This document shows positions 1 to 13,514 of a stretch of 64,000 nucleotides of DNA, piece after piece; within the stretch, counting starts at the first letter, position 1; every line of letters begins with the position of its first letter. This stretch comes from Eledone cirrhosa (taxonomy: Eukaryota). Location of the stretch: contig OZ024741.1 of NCBI GenBank assembly GCA_964016885.1, positions 281,294,001-281,358,000 of the forward strand, read 5' to 3'. The translations under genes were made by a program, and so were the position numbers. The notes below the pieces were generated by a model. It had not been told where the DNA came from, ran no database searches, and saw only the letters and a list, made by a program, of their open reading frames with translations.

Positions 1-345
1 AACCTTCCTCACAGTGGAACCACCCAGCTCCCAAATTATGGTTCTGTTGAGGGCAGGGTATGGTGCAGGCAACTGGCCAGACCTCTCTCATAATGGGACC
101 AGCCAAATCCTAAAGCACACCAATGGTCCCAATATTGTGCAAGGTACAGTGCGGTCATCTGGCCAGACTCGGCTCATAACAGGACTACCCAGTAATACAG
201 CTCCACTATATGTAAGGATTGGTGTGGCCAACTGGCCAGACCTCCCTTATTGTGGGACCACCTGGCTCCCAAATTATGGTTCCACTGTGAGCATGATATA
301 GCATGGCCAATTGGCCTGTCCCTCCTCATAATGATACCATCCAGT
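1..345 (+). repeat. Diverged tandem repeat (~75-85 bp unit) related to an RTE 3' UTR segment
   Basis: Motif gg(t)a(t)ggtg..g.caactggccagacc....ctcataa..ggacca recurs at ~57, ~143, ~216 and ~295, and again at ~428 inside the following tail. Confidence 0.6.
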
Positions 346-530
346 CCCACACTGTAAATGTAGTTGGTGTTAGAAAGGACATCCAGCTGTAAAAATCCCA
401 GCTAAACTTACAGTTCTCTCTGAGCAAGGTATGGCGCAGCCAACAGGGCAGACTTGTCTCATGACGTGGGTGACTCATCTAACCTATGCAAGCATGGAAA
501 ATGGATGTTAAGCAGTGACGATGATGATAT
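346..530 (+). mobile_element. RTE-type 3' tail (degenerate)
   Basis: cacactgtaaatgtagttggtgttagaaaggacatccagctgta...aacctatgcaagcatggaaaatggatgttaa followed by (gat)n; matches the RTE tails at 44290-44458. Confidence 0.75.
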
Positions 531-2401
531 ATATGTAAAAATTATACAGAAATAAAAAAGCAAATGACACTGTACAATGAAGAAATATATTAGTTTAATG
601 CTTGTAAAGAGAAGATTGGAGAGATGCAAAGAGGATTGGATGCAAATAAGGGGAAAAGGGTGGGGGAAGCGTTTGAGGGTAGAATGGAGCTGGCAGAGGA
701 AGGATTTGACACACACATATATCCTTGCTTGTAGACACTCACACACATGTGTATTTGTTTGTTTCTGCATGTTTATAGTTTTATGTATGAACACACTAAA
801 TACTTGGAAAGAAGTCTGAAGAGTCTGGCATATGTTTGTTTGAATAGCTACAAAATTAGATGTATACTATGGTTTTATGCCTATATCCTGGTAGATACTT
901 ATCTCAGTGGAGATTGGCAATTCTCAGTGGTTGTCATTGTTGTTTAGCCCACATCAGGCCTGATTGAGGAGAGCTATCATCATAAACGTTCCAGTCATAA
1001 CCATCTTGTCTTTATTTCAGGCATATTATATAGTATTCATTTCTTTTTTAAAATAGTAAGAGGATTTGGCAGAGTTGTTAAAACATCAAATAGAATGCTT
1101 TGTGGTATTTGTTCCAGCTCTCTGCTCTCTGAGTTCAATTCCACCTTTCATCCTTCTGAGGTCAATAAAAAAAATACCAGTCTAGTACTAGGAACAATTC
1201 TTTTTCTATATCTCTTTTTTTCACTTCTCTCTATCATATGCTAAACTTTTTAATACCTCTCTGCCAAAAATTGCCCTCAGTTCTATGAAACAAAACCACT
1301 CATTTTAAATTAAAATCTTTCAACATAATTTTGTATAAGAATCACATGTAATTTTTGTAACTAAATAATTGGTAATTTTACTAACTAAATAATTGGTAAT
1401 TTTCGTAAATCTCTAAAAATTTTTCATTCCGAGTTCCAATTCCACTAAGGTTGACCCGTAACAAGAAAAAAATGATCAAAGGGGTGGAAATGGCCAAATG
1501 CCCTGCTTCAGCCTGTCTTTTGGCTATACTGCATAATCTGTTTTGAGATTATCTTACATCCAATTTATTGTTGAGCCTGCTTTTGAATATTGAATATGTA
1601 AAGTGATTGATGTTAGGAAGGGCATCCAGCCATAGGAAGCTTGCCAAACTAGGAGTTTGGTAGATCCTTCAGTTTGTGTCAAAAGACACAACTTCTCCTC
1701 TGCACTCAATAATGATCATATGTACCTCCTCAGCCTGTCTGTGATGTCAGTGGCCCTGCTTCAGTACTCACTTGATCTATGTAGGCCCATCCAACCCTTG
1801 CTAGCAAGGAAAGCAGACATTAAATGATGATGATGATGATGATCAGCATTGTTGAACATCTATTTTTTCATGTAAGCTTGGGTTGGACAGCTTTCATGTG
1901 TTTAGTTTTGCTTATTATCATTCTATCCAAGAGAAAGTTAAGTTGTGGTTTTGTATCCCATTTTCTTTGGTAGAGAGACATTTAATCAACAAGTTGTTTA
2001 TAACTAATTGAAGATCCATTATCTTTGTTACTCTGTAGCAAGTGGTTACCACGTAGTTATTGCTGCTAATCAGAGAGAAGCAGACAGTTGGATTAAAGCT
2101 GATTTGGTAAGTTAACTCTTTACATCTAGTAAGGATTTAGAAGAAAATGTCTTATTTATAATCTTTGAGGATTATTTATTGAAATGCTAATAGTGAAAAT
2201 TTGCACTTTTAGGGTAAAGACTTTAATTTTTAATGTGATGCTGTCATAGTGCTGTTTCATACTTTTGAAGAATGTATTGTTTAATGTGATTTCACACAGT
2301 ACAGGACATTAAAAGTTCATCTTACCTTTAGTTTTCACTATATCATGAATCTTTTTTCAATACAACAAACTTCAATCAACTTTCAGTTTATCAAAAGATT
2401 T

Positions 2402-2680
2402 GTATCATCATCATCATCACTGTTTTACATCCATTTTTGCATTCTAGAATGGGTTAGACGAGTTGTCCTGTTGTGGGCAATGCTAGGTCAGGTGACCATG
2501 TCTTGCTCATACAGAACTGATTTTGTCCTGATTTCTACAGCTGGATGCCCTTCCTTGCACCAACCTCATTTCCAGTGGGTACTGGGTGCTTTTTGTTGTG
2601 ATATCTACACAACCACTTTACAGTGTGGACTGGGTGCTTTTTGTCATGACACCTACACAACCACTTTACAGGAGGTAGGG
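2402..2680 (-). mobile_element. RTE family B-like 3' UTR/tail, older copy
   Basis: Reverse complement aligns with the tail at 46020-46263: (cat)n, gggttagacg, ttctacagctggatgcccttcc, repeated ccactttacagtgtgg units. Confidence 0.75.
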
Positions 2681-2999
2681 AGAAACCTTTTGTGGACAGC
2701 AGTGGGAATAGTTCTCTAAACTTTTTCCATCCTATCCTTTCTCTAGCTATTGTGCTCTCAGAGCACCCTCCTTATTTTATTCAGTTACATTCAGAAGTTA
2801 ATCAATACCTTGTTAGTGGAATTTGATAGATGTGTTTGTGTATGTGTGTGCTATGTTCATTCATGTTTGATATGATCAAGTAAATCCTTGAAGGCAATGC
2901 TCCTGCATATCCATGATTTAATTACTACAACTAATAAAAGAATAAGTTGATTGATTTACCAGAAACTCAAGAATATATTTGTATATTTAGAGAGAGTAG

Positions 3000-3058
<59 letters not shown>

Positions 3059-3129
3059 CACACATATGTACACATATATATATACAAACATATATACAAA
3101 CACACAGACAGACACATATATATATATAT

Positions 3130-3257
3130 GAAAGCAGACCTCAGATCGCTGAAGCTCACGGAGGAGATGACGAAGGACTGTGACAAGTGGAGAGATGCTG
3201 TGCTGAATAGGACCTGTCCCACCCTTGCAAGCAGGGAAAAGCGAAGTAAAATGATGA

Positions 3258-3261
<4 letters not shown>
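3130..3261 (+). mobile_element. RTE family C 3' end
   Basis: Encodes [37 protein letters not shown] plus a (gat)n tail; near-identical to the end of 52713-53339; flanked by (TA)n. Confidence 0.85.
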
Positions 3262-3314
<53 letters not shown>

Positions 3315-3939
3315 AGTAGACAATGATTTCACTTTAAAGAGAATGTCTTGTACATTGAAGATTGCACAAGATCTACATTTTGCAGAAGTTATGTGTTTAA
3401 CATTTGTGTTCCAATGTTATCTGTTTTATATGTTAGTGTTCCTCATGAGTTGCTGTGTGAAGAAAACTTTACCACCTGTCTGTGATAGCTGTTAGGAATG
3501 AAGCAAAAATTTCTTCTTTCAACCACACATAAACTTGTATCTACAAAACATTAATGAAGATATCACCTTTTCATAGTCATCAAAAGTTGTTTTAATTCTT
3601 ATTTTCTCACAAACTGTTGTCACTTAATGGAACTGTTATCCCACTCCAGTTTTCATCTAATATTGTAGCTTGTATGTGGTAATTCACCTTTTGGGATCAA
3701 TAAAATAAAATACCAGTCGTGTACTAAGGTTGATTTAATTAACTTTTCCCTTCCCTCAAAATTTGCTGGCCTTTACAATCAGTTAGGTTCCCACAACTGG
3801 TGTAGCCAGTTATTGGGGTGCCATACTGAATGTTTGACATTGTATCCATCAAGATATTTCAATGGGCCGTAGAAATGATTGGTAGTGCTCATTTACACAA
3901 ACAGCCAGTCTCTTACTAAGTTTAGTCTGCCGTCAACAG

Positions 3940-4359
3940 ATGGAATTATCGGGATCCAGCTGAAAAATATCCTAGAGCCAGAAAAATCATCCCTACGGAT
4001 GCTGCTGCTGGACATCAAGGTATTCTCTTTGCCCAAACACCCACTTTTGTGATAATGTTTTATCACAATACCCAGATAATGGTATTGTGATAAAATAAAA
4101 ATGCAATAAGTTTAGTTTTGTGAACTTTGTGAATCTATTTAAGAACATGCTATGAATGAATTCTTTCTGATTCTTGCAGGCTATTGGTTTACAGGCAACA
4201 TTTCTGAAAACTGGTGGTCTATCTCGAAAGGAAAGAACAGATATATTGAATCGGTTGTATACTATTGAACAAAAACTGATGAATGAGGATAAATTATTAA
4301 AACCTTCAGAATTATGGAAATTTCCCAAATTATTTTCAGAATTATCTCTAACAGTCTAA
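3940..4359 (+). CDS. Candidate last two exons of an unidentified host gene (3940-4019 and 4180 onward)
   Basis: Branch-like TACTAAG then caacag| acceptor at 3939; AAG|GTATTC donor at 4020; pyrimidine-rich ttctttctgattcttgcag| acceptor at 4179; open frames across the junction; AATAAA near 4417. Product not recognised. Confidence 0.35.
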
Positions 4360-4649
4360 GAAAATTTTAATGAAACAAAAGTTTACGGAACTTATCCATT
4401 TTTATATTTCAATTAAAATAAACACATTTCTGTATTTCTTTCATGGTATCAACAGTTTTATTCCACTCTCTGCAATCAGGGCACTGGAGAAAAAAAAGAT
4501 CTAATATTTTTTGCTATTTCTGGAAATGTTTCTGCGTCCAAATCACTGATTATTTTCTGTAAAACTTATATAAGCAATATTAAGCATGATGCAGGCTCTT
4601 GGCCCATCCAAGAGGTCAGTAGCTTGAATACTGACATCAATCAATAGGT

Positions 4650-4920
4650 TGCACTACTTGCATGGTTTCCCTTGATTCTCTGTCGCTATCCAATTCTATT
4701 GTTCATCATATTTGGCAGGTCAGAGGGATTGCAGTTTATGTCATCACAAATCTGCTTGATATAGGTCTTGGTTTGTGGTCCTCTGCTAGCTCTTCCTTGC
4801 GTTGGCTCCTATAAAAGAACTTCACTAACAATTTTGCCTTTAGCAAGGCTCTGCAAATTTGTCTCTAAGCTCTTTGATGATGTCTGATTCTGGATGAACG
4901 TCGCCATACAATTATTCATT
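4650..4920 (-). mobile_element. Degenerate non-LTR retrotransposon ORF2 C-terminus (RTE-group-like)
   Basis: Minus strand reads VSEVLL*EPTQGRASRGPQTKTYIKQICDDINCNPSDLPNMMNNRIG*RQRI, resembling the G.R.RGRP..T....D...R..WR C-terminal motif. Confidence 0.55.
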
Positions 4921-5492
4921 GGTGGACTGAGTGCTTTTTATCATGGCAGCAACATTGCCTCCTTACAGAGGAGACAGGGTGATTTTATGATGGCATCACT
5001 ATGTCTGCCTTACAGTGCCACTGTTAATAATTGTTGATGTTACATTATGAGGAAAAATGATAAAATTGAAAGGTTTGATGAGCTGCAAAATTATAATAAA
5101 AATATAAACATATAACCAACAGAAATATTTACTAAACTTAAACAAAGATCAATTAAAAGTTGAATTTTAATATTATTTATTTCATTTTCGTTTTTTTTTT
5201 TCAGGAAAGATTTGTTTACAGCAATTTTATTTCTTCACCATATCTGATGGCAAAACACAATATCTTTATTGGAAATACAGCTTTTTATCATAGAACTAAC
5301 CAACAGAAAATTTCAGTTTAGTTGTTAGTCTTATATTAAGCAAAGAAAGAAGAAACAACATAGCATGACAAAGTAAGAAGGAGATAAAAATATATATTAA
5401 ATGAAGTTTGTTGGCTGCAATATTTTATATGTATTTATGAGAATATTACAAAATGATAGATTTGAGTTGATAGTAAATGATCAGTGCATGTA

Positions 5493-5569
5493 CAGGGTGA
5501 CTCAAAAGTCACTAGCCCATTTCAAATTATAATATATATAAAATTGTCTGCTAACTTTTGGCCACCCTG
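5493..5569. mobile_element. Very short Tc1/mariner-type MITE
   Basis: TA|CAGGGTGACTCAAAAGT ... ACTTTTGGCCACCCTG|TA: imperfect TIRs with TA on both sides. Confidence 0.7.
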
Positions 5570-5899
5570 TAGATTTCCTCTTTTTTGAAAATTTGGTAAT
5601 TGGGTCTAAAAGATATATAAGTGCTTATGTTTTTTAAATGAGTGATCTTCACTGTTTCACTAACTCACAACATAAATTATATAATTTACATAACCTGTCC
5701 CAGTTTTATCATCAGCTAATCTCTTAAACCTTACACCATTCAGTGAGAATAATAAAACAATGTTAATTTATAATTTAAAAGAAACATGTTTATATAGTTA
5801 CTGTTTTTATAACCAAGGAAAAACTGAAGACTAATTACAGTTCAGAGGAGGCTGATAGGTTTTCTTATATATGTCATAACCCAGTCATTTAACTTTATA

Positions 5900-6188
5900 C
5901 AGTGGAACCGTGGTTCACAAATTTAATTCATTCCTGAAGGCCGTTTGTCACCCGAAATGTTCGTAAACTGAAACTATTTTGCCCAATGTTGAGAGAGAAA
6001 TAGAGTGAGAGAGAGACTGTGTGTGAAAGACAGAGATATCACTATACAGCAAGTGATTCTTCTCTGCCGATATCCCAAACTTGTTACTCAAGACACCATT
6101 TGTGAACCGAGATGTTTTATCTTTGGAAAAATTGTTCGTGAACTGATTTGTTCATGATGAGAGGCTTCCGTGAACCAAGGTTCCACTG
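5900..6188. mobile_element. pogo/Tigger-type MITE
   Basis: TA|CAGTGGAACCGTGGTTCAC ... GTGAACCAAGGTTCCACTG|TA: 19-bp TIRs with one mismatch and a TA target duplication. Confidence 0.85.
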
Positions 6189-7124
6189 TACTTCTAATCT
6201 ATAAAGATAATTAATCTCTTTTTATTGTTTTTTTTTAAAGTGGAAGAAAATCTGCACACTCAATCACACACCACAACAAGAGGACAGGATTTTCCCTCTA
6301 ATAATTTTTTAGGCAAGCCAACACATTCACAGTATTGCTAAAGGTGATAGTGAGGCTATAATACTGGAATAACCAAGCATCCTCACAAGCATTGTTAGTG
6401 GCTCAGCTCCCTCAATATATGATGTAACTTATTCATTAAACTTTTAACGATCTACATAATCTTACTAAAGGATTTACATAATCTTACTAAACACTGCAAG
6501 ATTTTAATTCTCATCCTCAACATTAATTAGCAAGATAAAATGAGGAAATATTTATTAATTCCACATTAAGAGCATAGGCTAGCATCAATTTCTGGGTGTT
6601 TTGTAATCAAAAGAATCTTTCAAGGGTAGTTCAGTCCTGATACTTCTAGTAGAGAGTGAAATAGAAGTTATGATATTTATGTTTTTTTCAATTCAATATA
6701 ATTTTTGTCACTGTATTTTGTTGGTTTATCAGGATTTTCAATTTCCTTATGTTATTCACCCTGGTTTAGATTTCAAAAACATTCTATGTCTTAAGACAAT
6801 CTTATATGACTTAAGACAATTAGCGGGTAATATAAAACCATAAATAAATTAATTGCTTATCAAATGAAATAAATAACACTTATTTCTTGTCTTTTTTATA
6901 TTGTCATTAGTCTGTGACAAAACTGTACAGTAAGCTAGTAAGTTAAGAGTTATTGTTTTATTGGGGGATCTAAAAGGCACAGTTGATATAGCATAATACT
7001 CTTAGACACATAATTCTAGATTGGATGATAGTTCAGATTTAGAGAGAAAACTGGTTTATAACATAGTACTTGCAACATACACACACACACATATAATGTA
7101 GTACATGAAACACACACACACATC

Positions 7125-8650
7125 CTTATCATCCTCATCATTACCACCATTTAATGTCTATTTTTCCATGCTTGCATGATCAGCCATTTTATGAGACAAG
7201 TCTGGTCAGTTGGCCACACTATACCTTGCTCAAACAGAACTGTATTTTGGGTGTTTTACTTTCAGGCCTTCTTGATTCCAAATTCAGTTTCCATAATCAG
7301 AATTTATTTTCTAACTCTTTTTTGGTTTCAGCTATATGGACCAAATAATCTGCATTGAGAAGCTCTTATGGGTAACCTGTTTTAAACTTCTCTGTTATGG
7401 CCTGAAGAACTATGGTGAACAGCAGTGGTCTAAGAACTGAACATTGAATTCCTCGCTAAACTCATTTTCTACTCTCACTTTACTGACACTGCTGCTCTCA
7501 CAAGCCATTCTTCTACACCTAATTTCCTTAAGGACCACCAGATAATAGATCAAATAGCTCTGTCAAAGATTTTCTCTAGATCAACAAAAGCTAAATATAG
7601 TGGCTTATTTTTGACTAGGAACTTCTCTTGTTGCCTCACTAAGAAGAAGGCATCTTTAGTACTTTTCCCAGGCATGAAACCAAACTGCATCTCATCTATT
7701 TTTACTCTTTCCTTAATTAGTTGTGCTATAACTCTTTCTGTCACTTTCATAACTTGGTCCATTAGTTTTATTCCTCTATAGTTGTTCACTTTTGCCCTTG
7801 TAGCAATTTATGATTGTACTGTCGTGCCAGTCATTGGGTATGACTTTATCATGTATTACTTGATTTACTATACATGTTACTAGTTTGACTCCTACCGCTC
7901 CCGATGCTTTTAGCATTTCAGCAACTATTTCTGATGGTCCCACAGCTTTACCATTCTTCATCTCCTTGATTGCGTCTTTGACCCTAAAACTATCAACTGC
8001 AATAGCTGATCCTTCCTTTAGGTAAGTTGGGGATAGTTTCTCTTCTTCCCATTCATTCTCTACATTCATCAATCTCTTATAGTAACATTTCCAGGCCTCT
8101 TTCATTTGGGCATCAGTGGTATTAAGTGCATTAGAGTAATTTTTTACACATTTTTCCCTAACAATATCTCGATTCACACTAACACACTGCCTTGCAATAC
8201 GGAACACTTCATGCCTCTAATCCTCATGTCTCAAGACATTGGCAAACTTACATTCTTCAGCCTCTCCCTGAGCTGTGTATACCTGTCTTCTAGCTTCTTA
8301 GCTACTTGGTACTTGTCTCTGCTACACCCATTTTACCAGTCTTTCCATGCCTGTCTCTTAACTTTAATGGCTGCATTTACTGTGCTGTTCCACCACCAGG
8401 TTGCCCTTTATCTGGCTGGTACTTTACTCCAGCCACAAGTCTTGCCAGTAGTTTGCAAAAGGTTGTTGCATAAGAATCTCCAGTTGTCCTCTGCATTGTA
8501 TGTGTCTAGCTCGTCATCCCTCTCATCAAACGCATCCTGTAGGGCCTTTCTAAACCTATATTTAACCGAGAAGTTCTTTACCTTCCACACCCTCTGTTTC
8601 CATATTTTCCTGTGTGTCTTTTGTTTATTTTGATGTCACTAATAACTAAC
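7125..8650 (-). mobile_element. Degenerate, internally deleted RTE LINE
   Basis: NYRGIKLMDQVMKVTERV, EMQFGFMPGKST, LAFVDLEK, KNGKAVGPSEIVAEMLK; stops and frameshifts; RTE tail remnant at ~7130-7200. Confidence 0.9.
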
Positions 8651-9480
8651 TTACACACATACATATATAATACTTGCAACACACACATATATACACATAC
8701 ATGGGCCAGGGATTAGCTGTCCAGTTTTGAAAATTCTGACACACTACTTAATGTTTAAATAAAGAATAAAGCTCAAGTGACTTTGTGGGCATTAGAGGAA
8801 ATTCAACTTCATTCATAAGTTGCCATGACAGGCATTGTCTAAAATTGATGATAAATTAAGTAAATGGTATATTTGAAGCTGCATATATACATATATACAT
8901 TTGTGGATTGAAACTTGTTTCATTTTAACAAAGACGTGAGAAAAAGAGAACTGAAAATGTGGCTTTGAAGTGATATCAGATATAGGTTATGGAGTGTTTA
9001 ATTCTATTAGAGGGATTCTAATGTATGTATGAACCTGTAACTTCTGATGGAGTTGTAGGGGTACTGTAGTGGCATATGGTGTGTCTTGGGAATTTTAAAC
9101 CTGACAGTGCCCATCTCCTTTCTAGGTCTGAACATGGTTGATTTCTTCCAGAGAAGGAGAGAGAGAATGGTAAATTGATATATAGGAAGAAACAACTCCA
9201 TTATCGAACTGGTACTTTTTTATCAACTTCAAAAATATGAAAGGCAAAGATGACCTTGGCGGTATTTGAACTCAAAGCATAGAGTGCTGGAATGAATCCT
9301 GCAAAGCATTCTATCTGACATTCTAATGACTCTGTCAATTTGCTACCTAGATTCTAAGGTACTAACAGGAATTTAGGTAAGCTAGTTTGTGAATTTAAAA
9401 AAAATAGTTAAATTTCTCACAACACTGTAAACCCTTTTTTCTATATATTACTGATATATTAATAATAATAATAATAATAA

Positions 9481-11975
9481 CACTCGTCAACAAAATTAAA
9501 TGTGTTATACTCATTATGAATGCAAACCAACTTTTTTAGACTAATTTTTCATGCTGATTTCAAAATTTCACTCCATTTATATGCAGCACGTATCAGTTTT
9601 TCAGTAGATACATGCAAATATTTACATGAAATCATTAACGTAATAAATAAGGACATATTATTTTCAGAAAGTAAATGAGTTTATTGAGTTAAAAATCATC
9701 ACTATCATTCTACAAAGAGTGAATACACAAAAATGGGTCAGACAAAACAGACAAAGCTAGAACAACAGAGTTAGAAACATTGTGATTTGGATTTCCTGCG
9801 GTGTTCCTGATCTGGTTGATCATGGTAAAGTGTCCAGCAGTAGTCAGCCAGCATACTGTCATTCCAGAAGCCTTGGTACCGTTTCTCCATAGCATTAATG
9901 TCCTGGTGAAATCTTTCACCATGTTCACCAGACACTGCTCCAAGGTTATCTGCGAAGATATCCAGATGGAAGTCCAAGAAGTGAACTTTCAGTGACATGC
10001 GACAACCCATTGCTGAGTAACATTTCAGAAGATTCTTGATGCCATCCTTGTTGTCCATTGTCTTCTTGTTGCCCAAGAAATTCTCACAGATCCAATTGAA
10101 AGCATTCCAGGCAGGCAGTTCCAGTTCATCCAGTGTTGTCATCCAGTACTTCTCTAATTTGTGGTCCAACAATGATACCCTCTTTCAACTTCACCTGTGT
10201 GATTTTGGGAAACTTTTCTACAATATACTCAAACCCTCTGGCATTTCTCTTCCCTAGTGTCTTTACAAACTGTTTCATCAGTCCAAGCTTTATGTGCAAA
10301 GGAGGCAATAAGACATTACATGGATCTACAAGAGGTGCATTCTTGACGCTAGACAGTCCTGGCTGGTATGATGTTCTTGTCTGCCAGTTTGATTCTGAAT
10401 AATGTCTGTCAGTTGCCCAACTATCCCATAGACACAAGAAACAACAGTATTTTGTGAAACCTGACTGCATTCCCATTAACATTCCAATGACTTTTAAATC
10501 TCCACATATTTTCCATGAGTATCTTTCATAGGCAATGGCATGAAGTCAAAGTTCCATATTCTCATATGATTAATGAAGATGAATGGAGTGTGTAATAGGA
10601 ATGGAGGGCTTCAAATTACCATTATGGAGTACAGCTTTTAACCTTCGTTTTGAAGAGTCAATAGACAAACGCCACTCTGCAGGGTCATGATTTTGTGATA
10701 AACATTCGAAAAGTCCATCGATGTTACTGCAAAAGCAAAGAGGGCCATCAATAGAAAAAACACGTTTGTAGAACCACATTTCTCTGCCGAAAATAAGTTA
10801 TTCGAACACCGTGCTCTAGTAGATACTTCTCCTTCAGTCTTGATACCAACAGTTCTGGTGGATTGGAGAGTCGGACGCCATGCTTTGATGCATAGAGTTA
10901 CGGCCCTTGCCATTCTGAGTTCAAATGCCGCCGAGGTTAACTTTGCCTTTCATCCTTATGGGGTTGATAAAATAAAGTACCAGTAATGCACTGGGTAATT
11001 GCTGGCCTTGTGCCTAAAGTAGAAACATTTATCTTTTGAGAGGGATAGGTCTCTGACAAGGTCATTTGGTTCAGCTTGGGAACATTTCTGAGGTTCAAAG
11101 CTATCATCATCAGCCACGTAATCTTCCTCAGCAGCACTATCGTGACAGTCAGCATCATCATCTGATGTTTCAAAACCATCATTTGGTGGAACTGGAATTG
11201 GCAGACTTCCGTTGCAGAATCCAAATTAGGATACACAATTTTGTGTCTATTCTTCATAGAAAATCCTGTGACATTTACTTTGCAAAAATAAGTCATTAAA
11301 ATGGTCTTTCAGGTCCCTCCATATCATTGGAATGGCAAAAGGCATGGACTTCTTCTTATTGAACCAGTCACGTAAGCCATTTGAGCAAGCTGGGCAGATA
11401 AAATGTGGTGCCCATAACTTGTTCTGGTCTCCAAGAGGACAGTCAAAGTATAGCTTATAAATCTTCTTGGTCTCTGGTGTTATTGTATGTTTTTCACAAT
11501 AAATTGTCCAGAGACATAACAAAACACATCGGGACAATTTCTACACAGTCTTGACATTGTTAACACTGTAAAACAAGTGAGGAAATAGATACAAATGGTT
11601 ATACTTATATTGAATTTGAGATGATAAAACATTTCATCAGACCAATTATGACTGGACAATTTGAGATGTTGAAATACCTATTTCACCAGACAAAACTTGA
11701 TTGGTTAATTTAAGATGATGAATATTGCATCTGAACTATGCAACAATGAATAATGTACTTTATTTTAAAGGTATGTTTCCATGATGTAAATGTAATATAT
11801 CCATACACGTCATTAATTGGAATTTCTATATAATGCATGAACAAACCAAAAACTTTCTCATCTTGAAAACTGTACGTGATGTCAAAAAAACTAATTGTAT
11901 ATTTGAAATCAGCATTAAAATCTACACTAAGTACACCTTGACATATGCTTGATGAAAAATACTTGTTGACCAGTG
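9481..11975 (-). mobile_element. Chapaev3-type (CMC/EnSpm superfamily) DNA transposon with pseudogenised transposase
   Basis: TAA|CACTCGTCAACAA ... TTGTTGACCAGTG|TAA (TIRs, 3-bp TWA TSD); subterminal TGCTGATTTCAAA inverted pair. Transposase pieces from ATG 11557: MSRLCRNCPDVFCYV, CPLGDQNKLWAPH, WRLSIDSSKRRLKAVLHNGN, LPPLHIKLGLMKQFVK, GAVSGEHGERFHQDI. Confidence 0.85.
10858..11027 (+). mobile_element. tRNA-derived SINE family 1, inserted into the Chapaev transposase
   Basis: B-box gagttcaaatgcc, body gcctttcatccttatggggttgataaaataaagtaccag, tail gctggccttgtgcctaaagtagaaac; matches 48541-48726. Confidence 0.85.
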
Positions 11976-13514
11976 TAATTATAATTATAATAATTGTTTG
12001 ATTATTTTCAAGGTAATTTTTAAACAATATAATTTTGAAAATTCGAGTTAACAAAGAGATGAATGATAATTTTCAGGGAGAAATTCTCTTCAAAGAATAC
12101 AAAACAAAAAAAACAAAAAAACAAAAACAAAAGTATTGAAATGAGAAAACCCCAGGATAAAATTTTGTCATATATATGTTTTTTTTTTTGCAGTTGGGTT
12201 TAAAAAAATTAAATGTCCCATTTTTAATAATTTTTGAATAAATCAATCTTCAGCACCCTTCTGTTTCTAAATGTTTAAAAAGTGACAAATTGCTGAGGAA
12301 ATCAGTTGTAAAAACTCAACTATATCCTTTTAAAGTTGGTACCAAAAAATGAAAGAAAAATGGATTTATGGTAGGAAATTCTCTTCAAATAGTATTTCTG
12401 TGAATAGATACCATAGACAGGTTTTTTTTATAGACATACAAAAAGGAAGAAAGAAATTAAATGAACACTGTTCCAATTATCCAACATTAATTTCTTTGTA
12501 ATATTTCTGTGTTGGTTAAGATTTCAGCCTTTTCTGTTTAAAAATATTCAAACATTTATTATTTTTTTAAATTCAAATATCTGTAATGTTGGCAATAGAG
12601 GCAGTGATTAATATTGTAACAAAAAGAATTGCACAAAATGCTTCAAATATTCATAGAAAAGCACAGCTATTGTCAGATATAGCGAAGTTTTTGAGAAAGC
12701 AAGCTTTTGAAAATGTTCTATAAAATATTTCACAAATTATTTTAGCTCTAAAATAGGATTATCCCTTTTCCTTAGAAATTAATGGTTGGCTTTTAAGAAT
12801 TGAGATTTTTCCTTAGAGTCTAAAATAACAAAACTAGACACAAGGTGATAAAAAAGGCTTTATGAATTATCAAAAGAAGCTATATTCCATGTTAAATGGA
12901 AACAAATGTATGACTGTTAATCTTGCCCATATACAGGTTTTCGTTTTCAAAAAAAAAAAAAAAAAAATTAATCTCTCAAGTTGTTCGGGATAGTTCTAAA
13001 TTGACTTCTGAACAATTGTTTCAAAATTTAGAAAATTATCAAAGTAAAATGAAGAGTCAGGTTATGAATCAATAAAACAATATATGAGAAAACTGATCAG
13101 CTATCATGTGTCCATCAACATATACTGTTTTTTTTACATTTGAAAGCACTCATCTATATTGTAACATCTTGCGAAAATGAACACAAATTATTGTTTTCAT
13201 TTGTCAACTTAATCATTAAAAAAATGAAATTTAAATAAATTGTTGTATAAACAGAGAAGCTAGTTAGAATCTGGAACTGTTACTGAAATATGGACCATAA
13301 TCATAAATATTAAGAACAAGTACAAAATAGCTGATTGTTTCATTTTGATCTTTTATTTTTGTTGTATACATAAGTTCAAATTTGGCATCTTTTTCTAAAA
13401 ATACAAGCAATTCATAACACTGCATACCATTGAAAGAATAAAAATATATTGTATTTGTTACCTGGCCAGTGGAATTTAAAAACTTACTATTTTGATGCAA
13501 AATGATATGTAGCT

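Noticed and set aside
14-301. 95-aa ORF with repeated NWPDL motif
   Set aside because: Arises from the nucleotide tandem repeat related to RTE 3' UTR; no sign of coding constraint.
3993-4328. Minus-strand QKWVFGQRE suggesting a Merlin/ISXO2 transposase
   Set aside because: No other DDE motifs or TIRs; plus-strand splice signals explain the region better.
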